Positions 38,657 through 38,973 of a stretch of 38,973 bases of DNA are shown here, piece by piece; position 1 is the first letter of the stretch; each line of letters begins with the position of its first letter. A program made the translations under genes and the position numbers. The notes beneath the pieces were generated by a model. The model made no database searches. It was not told where the DNA came from and saw only the letters and a program-made list of their open reading frames with translations. Origin of the DNA: a virus; IMG/VR virus record IMGVR_UViG_3300001765_000053. One strand, 5' to 3'.

Positions 38657-38897
38657 TTCTTATCACCCCAATAATATCTTTCAATCTTTCTTCTTTTTCA
38701 TTGATTTGATTTTTTAAAGTTTTATCAACTTTTTCTCTAAATATGAATTGTAACTCTTTATCTTCATAAATTTCTTCAAGAATAAAATTTATCAAATCAA
38801 CCTTTGATAATTTATGATTAATGGTTTTAAAATATTTTAACTCTACATCTATATATGTATCAGAATTTTTTGATGTTGTTAAATTTATATTTGCCAT
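38649..38897 (-). CDS. Small hypothetical protein, possibly ribbon-helix-helix-like
   Basis: N-terminal strand then SKVDLINFIL helix; first gene of the operon. Confidence 0.55.
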   Translation of the reverse strand: MANINLTTSKNSDTYIDVELKYFKTINHKLSKVDLINFILEEIYEDKELQFIFREKVDKTLKNQINEKEERLKDIIGVIRNG

Positions 38898-38909
38898 TAT
38901 TAATTTTTT

Positions 38910-38929
38910 AAAAAAGTATATACTTTTTT
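38910..38929. promoter_or_regulatory. Perfect 20 bp palindrome at the promoter position of the ATPase operon
   Basis: AAAAAAGTATATACTTTTTT, 12 nt upstream of the ATG at 38897. Confidence 0.45.
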
Positions 38930-38973
38930 TGAATTTGTGTTTATGTAATTTTTTTAATATTTTTAAAAAATAA

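Noticed and set aside
1-38973. Ordinary cellular chromosome segment
   Set aside because: No translation, transcription or metabolic operons in 39 kb, with viral-type ligase, methyltransferase and DUF5661-like genes. An integrated element or island in a DPANN genome cannot be excluded.
1-38973. Alternative genetic code
   Set aside because: Conserved enzymes are uninterrupted under the standard code, and TGA and TAG both end genes at sensible junctions.

Overview
A very AT-rich, densely coding 39 kb segment (GC roughly low-20s % by eye). It looks like part of an uncharacterised archaeal virus or other extrachromosomal/integrative element, probably with a DPANN-type host (inference). Supporting signals: archaeal TATA boxes 21-27 nt upstream of ATGs, no Shine-Dalgarno motifs, no ribosomal or metabolic operons, and many tiny orphan ORFs. 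Two gene blocks converge at 15706-15709. The + block (1-15709) is mostly secreted and membrane proteins: a 5'-truncated giant repeat protein, a NosD-like beta-helix surface protein, a DUF5667-like protein, a tandem pair of 4-TM paralogues, a lipocalin, a HExxH metallopeptidase and a stand-alone HD-GYP phosphodiesterase. It also holds a clear archaeal SecE/Sec61-gamma gene that the ORF track missed. The - block (15706-38897) carries UvrD-like and Pif1-like helicases, an ATP-dependent ligase, a beta-class DNA methyltransferase, a GIY-YIG nuclease and a tyrosine recombinase next to paired inverted-repeat sites. It continues with a 1 kb palindrome- and repeat-rich non-coding region and an operon of membrane/coiled-coil proteins ending in a CPHC thioredoxin and an FtsK/HerA-type ATPase. 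Codon choice points to strong avoidance of CATG and GATC. I recognised no capsid, terminase, polymerase, tRNA, rRNA or CRISPR array. All family calls rest on motif recognition by eye; no searches were run.
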